In this document: in pieces, positions 51,238 to 61,111 of the stretch | How positions within the stretch are numbered: position 1 is the first letter of the stretch | Layout of the letters: every line of letters begins with the position of its first letter | Source: a virus | DNA: 64,000 bases | Reading direction: 5' to 3' (one strand) | IMG/VR virus record: IMGVR_UViG_3300020048_000029 | Coordinates: 1 to 64,000 of that record | Position numbers and translations under genes: made by a program | The notes under the pieces: model-generated | Told to the model about the DNA's origin: nothing | Databases searched by the model: none | The model's input: the letters and a program-made list of their open reading frames with translations, nothing else

Positions 51238-51295
51238 GCAAATTGAGTGATATTACCGTCACACTTTTTAAGTATACCAAAATAGTGTCGGTTAT

Positions 51296-51720
51296 AAAAA
51301 GTACTGTACAGGTAAAAATTGGGTATACTGTACAATACTGTACAAGCAAAAATAAATGACCGAAAACGGGGTTTTTCAAAAATAGGAAAAACGCAAAAAG
51401 TACTGTACATTTGTATAGAAAAATCTTTTTTGGCCATTTTTTCAATAAAATCGAGAAAATGGACACCGAGAAGGTTAAGTGTTTTAATAGAAAAAAGTCG
51501 TTTTCAAATCACAAAACAGCACCTAAGTCGTTGATTATTTTTTTGGCATGGATTTTGCTATAGACATCATAAGAAGTTCTTATATATAATATATAGATAT
51601 CTACATAGTAATATATAATATATAATATATACTGTATATCTATGCTTACATGGTGCATAACATTACACATCCGCATCGCCTCACACACATACACACCCAT
51701 CCACACACCGCCACACAAAC
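51296..51720. repeat. Non-coding origin-like region: TACTGTACA repeats, AT-rich tract, CACAC tract
   Basis: TACTGTACA at 51302, 51326, 51336 and 51401; (AT)-rich 51580-51640; CACAC repeats 51682-51718. Confidence 0.6.
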
Positions 51721-51791
51721 TTTTAAAAACCGTGCACACGATAAGCAGATAAACTGTATGTTTCGTAATTTACGCCTTCATTGACAGCGCA

Positions 51792-52094
51792 TTAGCTATA
51801 AAACATTTTTAGGTAATCAACAAAATCGCCACTCAGACCGTCAAAATCGGATTCGACAAACCCAAACAGGATCGCTGACTTGACCATCTCGTAAAAATCG
51901 AAATGTTCTCCAGACGCAATCGACTGCATGATCGTTGCGGCGTTGAACAGGTCTGCCGGGCTCATGATGGCCTCGTTCGTTGCCAAGCAGTGTCGAACTA
52001 GCTCTGTGACCTGTTCACGAGTTCCTGACAACGATACGAGCTCTGCGTATTTCTTTTTAAAATTCATTTTGTCCATCCCTTGAGACACTCGCAA
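51792..52094 (-). CDS. Hypothetical protein
   Basis: ORF with RBS AAGGGA before MDKMNF. Confidence 0.55.
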   Translation of the reverse strand: MRVSQGMDKMNFKKKYAELVSLSGTREQVTELVRHCLATNEAIMSPADLFNAATIMQSIASGEHFDFYEMVKSAILFGFVESDFDGLSGDFVDYLKMFYS

Positions 52095-52240
52095 ACACTC
52101 TCAGGCTTCGAGAGAGGGCCGTGAGCATCGGTTAAAGTAAAAACACATACCTAGGCAGCAAAAAATAAAATCAAGGGCCTTAAACAGCCTCTTTCGCGTT
52201 CGAAACTAAAATCAAATACTGTTTCTCATTTTTTGAATAT

Positions 52241-52423
52241 TTAGTAATTAAACCTGTTCCCAACACTGTTAAAAAACTTGTATTCAGGAACTTTTGGAAC
52301 CGGTTCAAAAACCTTTGCAACGACACGTTTATTGAACGCATCTTCAACCAAAACTTTATCGATGTCAACTCCGTACTTCTCGTACAAAGAAAGTATCTCT
52401 TTTCTCACTGGCAACAATCTCAT
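52241..52423 (-). CDS. Small hypothetical protein
   Basis: 60-aa ORF. Confidence 0.4.
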   Translation of the reverse strand: MRLLPVRKEILSLYEKYGVDIDKVLVEDAFNKRVVAKVFEPVPKVPEYKFFNSVGNRFNY

Positions 52424-52431
52424 TTACGGGT

Positions 52432-52466
52432 AAAAAAATAGCGCCACACGATTAAGTGTGACGCTG
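52432..52466 (-). terminator. Intrinsic terminator
   Basis: AGCGTCACAC-TTAATC-GTGTGGCGCT-ATTTTTTT on the minus strand. Confidence 0.75.
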
Positions 52467-52556
52467 TTTGAGTGCGGTGATGTTGCCTTAGTTAATCGCA
52501 ATTGCGATATCCTCTAGTGGCATAGCATCACCTCCTTTTCTGTTGGGAAACACGCT

Positions 52557-52978
52557 CTAATCATTGGTACAAAACTCAGTTTGGTAGTATTTTTCAGCGT
52601 CCTTTTTGTACATGAATATTGCAATCCCGGAACTATGTGGAACCGGATCTGTACCCCAGTCACCAGCCCCAAACACACCGTCGAAACCGACTGACCACCA
52701 CTTCTCCTCTTCAGAATGGAGCTTGAACATCTCTCTTACCGCATCTCTTAGCGTGGCAGCGTCAAGATTACCAGGGTCTGTCATTTCGCTACAACCACTC
52801 TTCCGGTCTATCTCCCCAAGGACGCTCCACCAATCTTTGTCGAACAGTGGCGTGCTCTTGGTTGTCCACGAGTACAATCGTGGTTGTAATCCGTCAAGGA
52901 AAAGCTGGCAAAAAGTGCCATCATATTTCAATGTGACATTAATTTTCCGGTTCGGTAATGCTACTACTGCTGTATTCA
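52557..52978 (-). CDS. Hypothetical protein
   Basis: MNTAVVALPN... after AAGGAG. Confidence 0.6.
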
Positions 52979-53067
52979 TACAAGCTCCTTGATAGAAGAA
53001 TAACACCATGTAATCCCTCTTCATTGTAGTTATACCAGAAATTCGAGAAACATAACGCTTATGCAGA

Positions 53068-56000
53068 TTGTATTTTAGGTCATACTTGGAGGTAAATATG
53101 CAAGATAAGATCTTAGCGCAACTCGCCCAGATGAGCTACGACAAGCGTCAGAACACAATGATGAACGCTACAGTGTCAACCACTGTTAATCATGTTTTAA
53201 ATAATGTTGAAAATGATAAAATTAAGCTTGTTGCAGATAATGTAGAAGTAGTTAAAAAATACGAGCATGACGATCTGGCTAAGCAAAAAGACATCGCAGA
53301 CAAGCAGCAAGTTTTTTCTGACGAAATCAGAGCTGACCTGAAGCTTATCAGCAAAGAGACCGGTGAAGTTATTGACACTGCACTCGGCGTTAAGATCGCA
53401 GAAATACCGAAGGTGACCGATCGAATGACTTACTTGATCAAAGGTAACGAATACCAGACAAGTATGCAGCCTCGACTCAAGTCCGGAGTTTATACAAAGA
53501 CTCAAAGCAATGGTGAGATCAGTTCTTATTTCAACGTTGATAAAACCGTTGACTTTGACCGCGGTTTCAATAACGACTTCAGAATCGACTTTGAACCAGA
53601 GTCGAAGATTTTCAGCATGAGATACGGCGGGAAGAAGATACCCCTTCTGAGCACGTTAAAAGCTCTAGGCGTATCATCGCGTGACCTTGAGGCTAAATGG
53701 GGCAAGGAAGTGCTAGATGAGAACGAGAGAATGTACGGACGCCATGAAGAGAGAGATATCAAAAAGCTTTACAGCGCGGTGTTCGGGAAAGAGCCTGGTA
53801 AAGACGAAAAGCTTGCCGACCTTTCAGCCACAATAAAAGAGCGACTTTTTGACACGAGACTCAATCCAGAGGTAACATCGATCACTCTTGGAAAAGCTTA
53901 TGACAAAGTGAACGGAAGCGCAATACTCGATGCGTCAAAGAAAATCATCGATATCAACCGCGGTGTTGAAGATGAAGACGACCGCGAGTCTCTCATGTTC
54001 AAGAACATCGTAGGGATCGAAACTCATATCAAAGAGCGACTCGTAAAAAGCTCGAAACAAATCGCGAATAATATCGCTCACAAGCTCGGGAAGACAGGGA
54101 AGATCAACTCTTCCATCTCATCTCAGATGTTCCGCCCTTACATCGAGGGAGTGATCACAGGGTCTCAGATCTCCAACCCGCCAAACCAGACGAACATCAT
54201 GTCGATCATTGGCGAGTCAACTAAAATCACTCCTATGGGAGAAGGCGGTATTGGATCGGCAAACGCGATCACAGATAGTATGCGTGTTCTGTCGAACACC
54301 GAAGCCGGATTTGTCGATCCTTTGCACACACCTGAAGGTGGAGGAATCGGTATTTCTAAGCACCTTTCCAATGGTACTGTCGTTGTAGAAGGTACACCTT
54401 ACAGTACTTTTATCAACCGCAAGAGCGGGAAGAAAGAGATGAAATCTCCTTCTGAGTTGTACAGCAAGTACCTCTCATTCCCGGACCAGTTCGACTCTAA
54501 TGGTAAGCCGAAGAATAAAAAAGTGTCTGTAATCCATAAGGGTAAAATGACCACTGTTGACGCTTCTGAAGTTGACTACGTGATCCCTTCATCTGAGTTC
54601 ATGTTTGATACCGCTGCCGCATCCATCCCTTTCCTTGACTCAATCCAAGGTAACCGTGGTCTTACCGCTTCGAAAATGCAGGAGCAGTCAGTGTCTCTTA
54701 CGAACAGAGAGAAACCACTGTTCAACATCATGGCAGGGAACGGGAAGTCGCTTTCAAAAGCTCTCGGATCTTCGATAGCGGTCCCAAAGTCTCCGGTTGA
54801 TGGAGTCGTAGAGAACTTGACTGATGAGCTTATGGTGATAAAAGGAAAAGACGGTAAGAGTCATGAGATTCAACTGTACCACAACTTCTCACTTAACTCA
54901 GAGTCGTTCCTGAACAATGATCCACTCGTTAAGATTGGTGACAAAGTTGAAAAGGGCCAGATCCTTGCAGACAATAACTTCACGAAAGATGGTCACGTTG
55001 CCCTTGGAGCAAACCTTCGAGTTGCTTACATGCCTTACCGCGGATGGAACTATGAAGACTCAGCAGTGATAAGTGAGTCTGGAGCTAAAAAGCTTCAGTC
55101 GCAGCACATGTATGACTTCAAAGCAAGAAGAAGCTCTGGTGGTACTTTTGACAAGAAGAAATTTGCAGCTTACTATCCTGAAGAGACTTCTTCAAAGACA
55201 ATGGCAAAGCTCGATGCAAACGGAATTATCAAAGTAGGCCAAAAGGTTGAACACGGAGACATTCTCATTGCTCACATGGAACCAGTAGCTCCAACTGCTG
55301 ACGATATCGCTGTAGGAAGACTTGATAAGCAGCTCAAAAGAGACATGGCCAACAACTCAGTAAAATGGGATAAAGGCCACGTTGGAATTGTTACAAGCGT
55401 GACCAAGCACGGTAACAATGTCGTTGTGAACGTAAAGACAAAAGAGGATATGAAGAAGGCTGACAAGATCGCCGGACTCCACGGTAACAAGCACATCATC
55501 TCGGAAATTCTTCCTGATGACCAGATGCCTTTTGATCCGGTTACCGGTAAGCACATTGAGCTTACAATGTCACCGATCGGGGTGTCTAACCGAATTAACA
55601 CCTCTCAGCTCCTTGAGAATGCTGCTGGTAAAATTGCCGAGAAAACCGGTAAGCAGTATGAGATTCACAACTTCGAAGACACAGATAACTCAAGAAAAGT
55701 TATGAGAGCTCTAAAGGCGAACGGTCTTTCAGATAAAGACAAGTTGATCAACCCAGAGACAGGGAAACCTTTCAAGAGTGAGATCGCTAATGGTGTGTCT
55801 CACATCCTCAAGCTTGAACACACTATCGATCACAAGTTCTCATCTCGATACAGAGGTGGGTACGACTCAAATGAACAGGCATCAAGCGGAGGGCATCATG
55901 GTGGTAAAAACGTCGGAAGAATGGAATCAGCGGCTCTCCTTGCCCGAGGTGCAACTGCAAACCTTGAGGAGATATTCGGAGTTAAAGGACAGCGGAATGA

Positions 56001-59000
56001 TGAGTATTGGCGAAACATGGAAATGGGCATACCTACCCCTACTCCTAAGAGCCCTGCTTTCGTATGGGATAAATTCCTTGCGATGTCGAAAGGTGCGGGG
56101 GTAAATATCGAGCGTAAAGGCAAGTCTTTCACGATGAAGCCTATGACCGACGAAGATATCATGAAGATCTCTGCCGGCGAGCTTACTCGTCCAACTGAGA
56201 CTTATCGTAAAAAGAACTTTGAACCTGTAAATGGCGGATTGTTCGATCCGAAAATTGTAGGGGGTATGAGAGGTGACAAGTATTCTCACATCCAACTTCC
56301 TGAGAGTATTCTTAATCCGATAACAGCGAAAGCAGTTGCCGGGATTCTTGAGATGCCAGAGAGCAGACTCGAAGCAATCGCTGAAGGAACTCAGTTCATA
56401 AGCAAGAAGACCGGTGAAAATGTCTCAAAAGGACACGCTGATGGGTACACTGCAAACGAAGCTATTAAGAGCTTGTTGAAAAACATAGATCTTGATAAGG
56501 AGTATGAACAGGCTAAAAAACAGTCTGAGTTAACCCATAGCACTGCTGATCTCAATAAGCTCAACCGTAAGATGAATTACATCAAAGGGCTTAAAAAGAA
56601 CGGTCTTGAAGCAAAAGACCTTATGATAAGCAAAGTGCTTGTCACTCCTTCAAAGTTCAGACCAATGATCCAGATGGGAGCGGATGGTACCGTTATCATC
56701 GCTGATGAGAATGAACTGTACCAGCAGGTTGCTCAGACTTCTAAAGCTCTCGAAGACCATAAAGATGCTATGAATGATCTACCTAAAAGCGTTCTTGGTA
56801 TTACAGCAGCTGAAGGACGCGGACAACTGTACAAAGACGTTCGCGCTCTTCAAGGGTTGTCTGAGCCAACTGCATACCTTCACAAGATCAAAAAGAAAAA
56901 AGGGTTCCTTGCTCAGATTGACGGTGGAGACAAGCAGACAAAAGAAGGGTACTACCAGAACAAGGTGATGGAGCGTCGTCAAGACTTGGTTGGCCGTTCT
57001 ACTATCACTCTTAACCCATCTCTTGGTGGTGACCAGATGGGTATTCCAGAAGAAATGGCGACAGACATTTTCCGTCCATTTATCATGCAGAAACTCGTAT
57101 CTTGGGGGTACAAGCCTCTTGATGCTAAAAAACAAGTTGACGATGATAGCAGTGTGTTCAAAAAGGCTCGCGAAGTTGTCGCTGGAGAGAGACTGATAAT
57201 TGCAAACAGAGCTCCTTCTCTTCACAAATGGAACATGACAGCTTTCCATCCTGTTCTTACAAAAGGAAAGTCAATTGAGACTCCAGCTGTTGTGATCTCA
57301 AAGAACTTTGATGGTGACTTTGATGGTGACACATTTCAGATCCATGTCCCTGTAAGCAAGAAAGCCCTTGAAGAAGCCTACACAATGCTTCCGTCTGTAA
57401 ACATGCTTAAGACCGGGTACGGATCTGTTCTTAACATGCCTGACATGGACATGATTGCAGGAGCGTACCTTGCATCAAAAGGCGAGGGTAGCGACGGGAA
57501 AGTTCACGAGTTCAAAACTCTTGAAGAGATGCAGAAGGCTATAAAAAGCCATAAGATCGATCACTCTGACATGGTAAAAATAGGAAAGAGAACCGACAAT
57601 GCAATCATGCATGATATCAACAGCACTCTTCCTGAAAAATTCCATAAATGGGGCCATGATCTCAACAAGAAAAATGTTGAGAAGTGGATTGCCGATGTCA
57701 GTGAGAACGGACCAAAAGGAACAGGCTTAGACCTTGCGGACAAGATTAAGGAAGTCGGTAATGATTACATTACGAAATTCGGACTCACACTTGGCGTCTC
57801 AGACACGCTTGTTGACACTGAAAAGAGAGACGATATTGTCAAAAAAGCATGGGAGAAAGCAAAAACAGAAGGTGTGGTATCTGCATTCTCATGGGCAAAA
57901 GAAGAAGCTAAAAATGAACTTGCTTCTAAGCACGGGATCAAGTCGCAAGTTGGGATTCCACTTATCTCAGGAGCAGGTAAAGGCATTGGAAACACGTCTG
58001 ACATCGCAATGTTCCCAGGAATCCTTGCCGACGCAAATGACAATCCTATCGAAATACCGATCCTTCGTTCTTATTCTGAAGGTCTCGATACTTTTGGTTA
58101 CTGGGCGGCTGCTCACGGAGCACGAGGTGGTAACATCAAAAAATCTGTCCAATCGTTCAAGCCAGGGTACCTGACAAAGAAGATGATCAACACAATGTAC
58201 GAAACTCGTATCGCGAGCGAAGTTCCGATGGATACTGAAGGTGTTGAGTACAAAGTGTCAGATAAGAAAGGTATTGTAAACAGATACCTTGCTCAGGATG
58301 CAGTTGATAAAAAAGGCAAAGTTGTTGCGAAGAGAAACGATCTGATCGATGCTGCTCTTATCAATAAATTCCACATTACAGGAACGAAGAAGATCTATGT
58401 TCAGTCACCTTTAACAGACCCTACTCCTGGAGAAGGGTTCTCAGCTTGGTCGTATGGAGTTTCTGACAACAATCGTAGAATGAACCGCGGTGACCATGTC
58501 GGGGTGATATCTGCACACACAATCACGCAGCCATCTCTTAACCTTGCGATGAAATCGTTCCACTCAGGTGGTAAGATAGATGCAAAAAGCGCGAAGAGAA
58601 AGGTGAATACCGGTTCTGCGTTTGACGAGATGGACAGAGTATTCAGCTTTGTTCAAACACCTCCAGACAAAGCAACTTTGGCAAAAATTGACGGTGTTGT
58701 CGAAAGTGTGAACCAGTCCGGAGTTGGCGGATTTGATGTCGTGATAAGTGGCACCAAACACTACGTTTCTAAAAATGTTGACACCGAAGTAAAAGTTGGT
58801 GACAAAGTTAAGAAAGGCCAGCAGATATCAACTGGCACTCCTAACCCTCACGAAGTTCTAAGCCTTCGTGGAATGAAAGAGACCCAGAAGTATCTCGTTG
58901 AAAAGCTTAGTGATATTAACGAAGGGAACCTCGATAAGAGAAACATCGAGACGATCGTAAGAAGTATCACGAATACAACAAGAATTACCGATCCAGGTAA

Positions 59001-59265
59001 AAGTGATTACGTTAAAGGTGACACAGTAGCTCTTACAACTGTTGAGCATCTCAATAAGAATGGACTTGGGATTAAACACTCTCCATTCCTTGTTGCGATG
59101 GGTATCGGTGGTAAGCCAGCGTTGTCAAAAGACTTTATTGGAAGACTTGGCCACAACAGACTTAAAGACGTGTTCCAAGACGGTTCTGTGATGGGTTACG
59201 AAAGCAAAATTGATAGAGACTCTGGCAACCCTATGACAAGACTTGTCAGCGGCGTTTACGAATAA
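53068..59265 (+). CDS. Single-chain DNA-directed RNA polymerase, fused beta and beta' subunits
   Basis: beta motifs MQEQSV, GWNYEDS, DKIAGLHGNKH, LKLEH..HKFSSR, GRME; beta' motifs GGLFD, GRSTI, NRAPSLH, DFDGD, HGARGG, GYLTKK, MKSFHSGG; likely start ATG 53098 after GGAGG. Confidence 0.95.
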   Translation: MYFRSYLEVNMQDKILAQLAQMSYDKRQNTMMNATVSTTVNHVLNNVENDKIKLVADNVEVVKKYEHDDLAKQKDIADKQQVFSDEIRADLKLISKETGEVIDTALGVKIAEIPKVTDRMTYLIKGNEYQTSMQPRLKSGVYTKTQSNGEISSYFNVDKTVDFDRGFNNDFRIDFEPESKIFSMRYGGKKIPLLSTLKALGVSSRDLEAKWGKEVLDENERMYGRHEERDIKKLYSAVFGKEPGKDEKLADLSATIKERLFDTRLNPEVTSITLGKAYDKVNGSAILDASKKIIDINRGVEDEDDRESLMFKNIVGIETHIKERLVKSSKQIANNIAHKLGKTGKINSSISSQMFRPYIEGVITGSQISNPPNQTNIMSIIGESTKITPMGEGGIGSANAITDSMRVLSNTEAGFVDPLHTPEGGGIGISKHLSNGTVVVEGTPYSTFINRKSGKKEMKSPSELYSKYLSFPDQFDSNGKPKNKKVSVIHKGKMTTVDASEVDYVIPSSEFMFDTAAASIPFLDSIQGNRGLTASKMQEQSVSLTNREKPLFNIMAGNGKSLSKALGSSIAVPKSPVDGVVENLTDELMVIKGKDGKSHEIQLYHNFSLNSESFLNNDPLVKIGDKVEKGQILADNNFTKDGHVALGANLRVAYMPYRGWNYEDSAVISESGAKKLQSQHMYDFKARRSSGGTFDKKKFAAYYPEETSSKTMAKLDANGIIKVGQKVEHGDILIAHMEPVAPTADDIAVGRLDKQLKRDMANNSVKWDKGHVGIVTSVTKHGNNVVVNVKTKEDMKKADKIAGLHGNKHIISEILPDDQMPFDPVTGKHIELTMSPIGVSNRINTSQLLENAAGKIAEKTGKQYEIHNFEDTDNSRKVMRALKANGLSDKDKLINPETGKPFKSEIANGVSHILKLEHTIDHKFSSRYRGGYDSNEQASSGGHHGGKNVGRMESAALLARGATANLEEIFGVKGQRNDEYWRNMEMGIPTPTPKSPAFVWDKFLAMSKGAGVNIERKGKSFTMKPMTDEDIMKISAGELTRPTETYRKKNFEPVNGGLFDPKIVGGMRGDKYSHIQLPESILNPITAKAVAGILEMPESRLEAIAEGTQFISKKTGENVSKGHADGYTANEAIKSLLKNIDLDKEYEQAKKQSELTHSTADLNKLNRKMNYIKGLKKNGLEAKDLMISKVLVTPSKFRPMIQMGADGTVIIADENELYQQVAQTSKALEDHKDAMNDLPKSVLGITAAEGRGQLYKDVRALQGLSEPTAYLHKIKKKKGFLAQIDGGDKQTKEGYYQNKVMERRQDLVGRSTITLNPSLGGDQMGIPEEMATDIFRPFIMQKLVSWGYKPLDAKKQVDDDSSVFKKAREVVAGERLIIANRAPSLHKWNMTAFHPVLTKGKSIETPAVVISKNFDGDFDGDTFQIHVPVSKKALEEAYTMLPSVNMLKTGYGSVLNMPDMDMIAGAYLASKGEGSDGKVHEFKTLEEMQKAIKSHKIDHSDMVKIGKRTDNAIMHDINSTLPEKFHKWGHDLNKKNVEKWIADVSENGPKGTGLDLADKIKEVGNDYITKFGLTLGVSDTLVDTEKRDDIVKKAWEKAKTEGVVSAFSWAKEEAKNELASKHGIKSQVGIPLISGAGKGIGNTSDIAMFPGILADANDNPIEIPILRSYSEGLDTFGYWAAAHGARGGNIKKSVQSFKPGYLTKKMINTMYETRIASEVPMDTEGVEYKVSDKKGIVNRYLAQDAVDKKGKVVAKRNDLIDAALINKFHITGTKKIYVQSPLTDPTPGEGFSAWSYGVSDNNRRMNRGDHVGVISAHTITQPSLNLAMKSFHSGGKIDAKSAKRKVNTGSAFDEMDRVFSFVQTPPDKATLAKIDGVVESVNQSGVGGFDVVISGTKHYVSKNVDTEVKVGDKVKKGQQISTGTPNPHEVLSLRGMKETQKYLVEKLSDINEGNLDKRNIETIVRSITNTTRITDPGKSDYVKGDTVALTTVEHLNKNGLGIKHSPFLVAMGIGGKPALSKDFIGRLGHNRLKDVFQDGSVMGYESKIDRDSGNPMTRLVSGVYE

Positions 59266-59279
59266 TTAAGGAGGATTGT

Positions 59280-60539
59280 ATGAATGATATTGATGAAGCA
59301 GCGCTTGGATTTACACTTGGGGTTGCACCTATGGGGTACATTGCTGCAAAAAAGGTTCCTGAGTTTATCCATTCAAGACAAAGGCTTGCGCTTGAAGAGG
59401 CCAGATTACCTAAGGCAAAATCATTTGCAGCAAAATCTAAAGCGACTGCTGCAGTTATGATGGCTGCCGCAGGATTAGGCACTGTAAATTTGCTTAAAAA
59501 ATATGCAAATGACGACGCTTTTGTAGGCGCTGGAATTGCTGGAGCTGCTGGAGCTATAGGAGCAAATGAATACATTAAAAGAAAGACGAAAGCAAATGAT
59601 ATTCAAGCTAGTGCGATAGCAGATAAGCTTAAGTATGTTGACAGATCGAGAAGGGCTATTGGATTAGGTATGGCATCACTTTTAGCTTATGGTGCGATTT
59701 CTAAGGTGGAACCATTCGCAAGATTACTCCTGAAGAAGGCGTCAGACAACACTCCTGCTTCTCCTAGCATAATTCTTGGAGCCGCTGCCGCTGGAGCCGC
59801 AGGGTCAGCATACGCAGTGAAAAGCGTAAATAATGAGGTGAAATCAATAATAGACAAGTACAACAGCGACTATTCAAAAAAGCTAAGCGGTTCCGAAAGA
59901 AGAGCAGTTAACAAGGTTCTAAAGAGTGAGGGCTTGAAAATTTACAATGATGCACACAAGCAGTTTAAGGCGTCAAAAGCCAAAGACGTCAGCATTTCAG
60001 ATATCATAAAAGACAACAAGCTTAATATGAGAAACAATTTTGCAACAGATATACCGAGCAAATTCGGAACGGGCCCAGCTCAAGTTGTGCAAGGTGGTAT
60101 TATGCTTGTTCCTAAAAAAGTACCAGTTGCAGTTTTTGCGCATGAGTTCGGACATTATCTTAGTGGGGAAAGAGGGACAGGAGGACCTGTAGATTTCGCT
60201 AAAAGGCAACGTAAAAACTCAAGCCCAGAGGGAACGCTTAAGGAAGAGTTTAGAGCCTCTTTTAGTAAAGAAAGTAGAAATGCAATACCTTTGCACAAAA
60301 GAGGTGTAGAAGGTCTTAAGCTAGACTTGCACGCAAAAAGGACTTATATAGGTTCATATCTTGCTAAAGGAAGAATTAAAGGATCAAAAGGTGTAGCACT
60401 GCTAAATGCTCATAATAGCGTAATCGGCATTAAGCCTAGACTTGTATCCATTGCAAAAAGATCTGGAGTAATAGGTGCTGGAGCAGGCTTAGGTGCCGGT
60501 GCATTATCTGCAGTAATGTTTGCCAAAAACAATTCTTGA
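59280..60539 (+). CDS. Basic Gly/Ala-rich protein with hydrophobic helices and HExxH motif
   Basis: GAGIAGAAGAIG-type segments; AHEFGHY...EEFRAS. Confidence 0.65.
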   Translation: MNDIDEAALGFTLGVAPMGYIAAKKVPEFIHSRQRLALEEARLPKAKSFAAKSKATAAVMMAAAGLGTVNLLKKYANDDAFVGAGIAGAAGAIGANEYIKRKTKANDIQASAIADKLKYVDRSRRAIGLGMASLLAYGAISKVEPFARLLLKKASDNTPASPSIILGAAAAGAAGSAYAVKSVNNEVKSIIDKYNSDYSKKLSGSERRAVNKVLKSEGLKIYNDAHKQFKASKAKDVSISDIIKDNKLNMRNNFATDIPSKFGTGPAQVVQGGIMLVPKKVPVAVFAHEFGHYLSGERGTGGPVDFAKRQRKNSSPEGTLKEEFRASFSKESRNAIPLHKRGVEGLKLDLHAKRTYIGSYLAKGRIKGSKGVALLNAHNSVIGIKPRLVSIAKRSGVIGAGAGLGAGALSAVMFAKNNS

Positions 60540-60574
60540 GCGCAATATATTTTTGCTTAAAAGGCTGGTGAAAT

Positions 60575-61111
60575 ATGAATAGTTTTGTTTCCGGGGCTCT
60601 CCCCGGTTTTTACACATACGATGATGCAAAAGACAACCCGTACTCTAGCAGGGCTGGGAATGTTGCAGGAGCGTTCGTATCTGGGGCTGTAGTGCCTGTT
60701 GCAACAACCGGATTAATAGCAGCGGCAGCAGCTAAAATGCTAAAAGATAAGAATCCTGTAGTAGCCAAAAACCTGAAAGACGCAGCTCTTTCTCAGGTTG
60801 ATATTCTCAACCCTTCAATGATGACTAAGCATGTCAAAAGTATTCCACTGATGACTAAGGCGACATTAAACATGAGCAAGGCTGAGACAGCTAAGAATAT
60901 CTTCGCCAAAGCTCACGCCTACTCAAAAACAATGAAGAGCGCGAAAGACATTTCCAAACTCTACGGCATTGGTATTACGAAAGTAGCTCCAATGTCGGCA
61001 AGAAGTATCGGTGCTCTCACCGGAGTAGTCGGAGGAGTTTCTGCTGGAGTTGCCAACGCAATGCTGGTTAATGGAAATTACACCCGCGGAAAAAGAGATG
61101 GGATGTTATAA
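60575..61111 (+). CDS. Basic Gly/Ala-rich hypothetical protein
   Basis: Two GxxxG-rich hydrophobic segments. Confidence 0.65.
   Translation: MNSFVSGALPGFYTYDDAKDNPYSSRAGNVAGAFVSGAVVPVATTGLIAAAAAKMLKDKNPVVAKNLKDAALSQVDILNPSMMTKHVKSIPLMTKATLNMSKAETAKNIFAKAHAYSKTMKSAKDISKLYGIGITKVAPMSARSIGALTGVVGGVSAGVANAMLVNGNYTRGKRDGML

Noticed and set aside
51203-51739. Track ORFs 51203..51466, 51234..51437, 51319..51534, 51509..51739
   Set aside because: Translations mirror the low-complexity repeats, with no convincing RBS; likely spurious
31531-52466. Identical TTAATC loops in the hairpins at 31531 and 52432 as a special element
   Set aside because: Both have T-tracts and sit after genes; ordinary terminators explain them
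53068-59265. Cellular rpoB-rpoC fusion (as in Helicobacter or Wolbachia)
   Set aside because: Much shorter and highly divergent, no ribosomal-protein gene context, flanked by phage genes
34040-59265. Inteins or introns in the helicases, ThyX or RNAP
   Set aside because: No C...HN-[CST] splice junctions, LAGLIDADG motifs or frame interruptions seen
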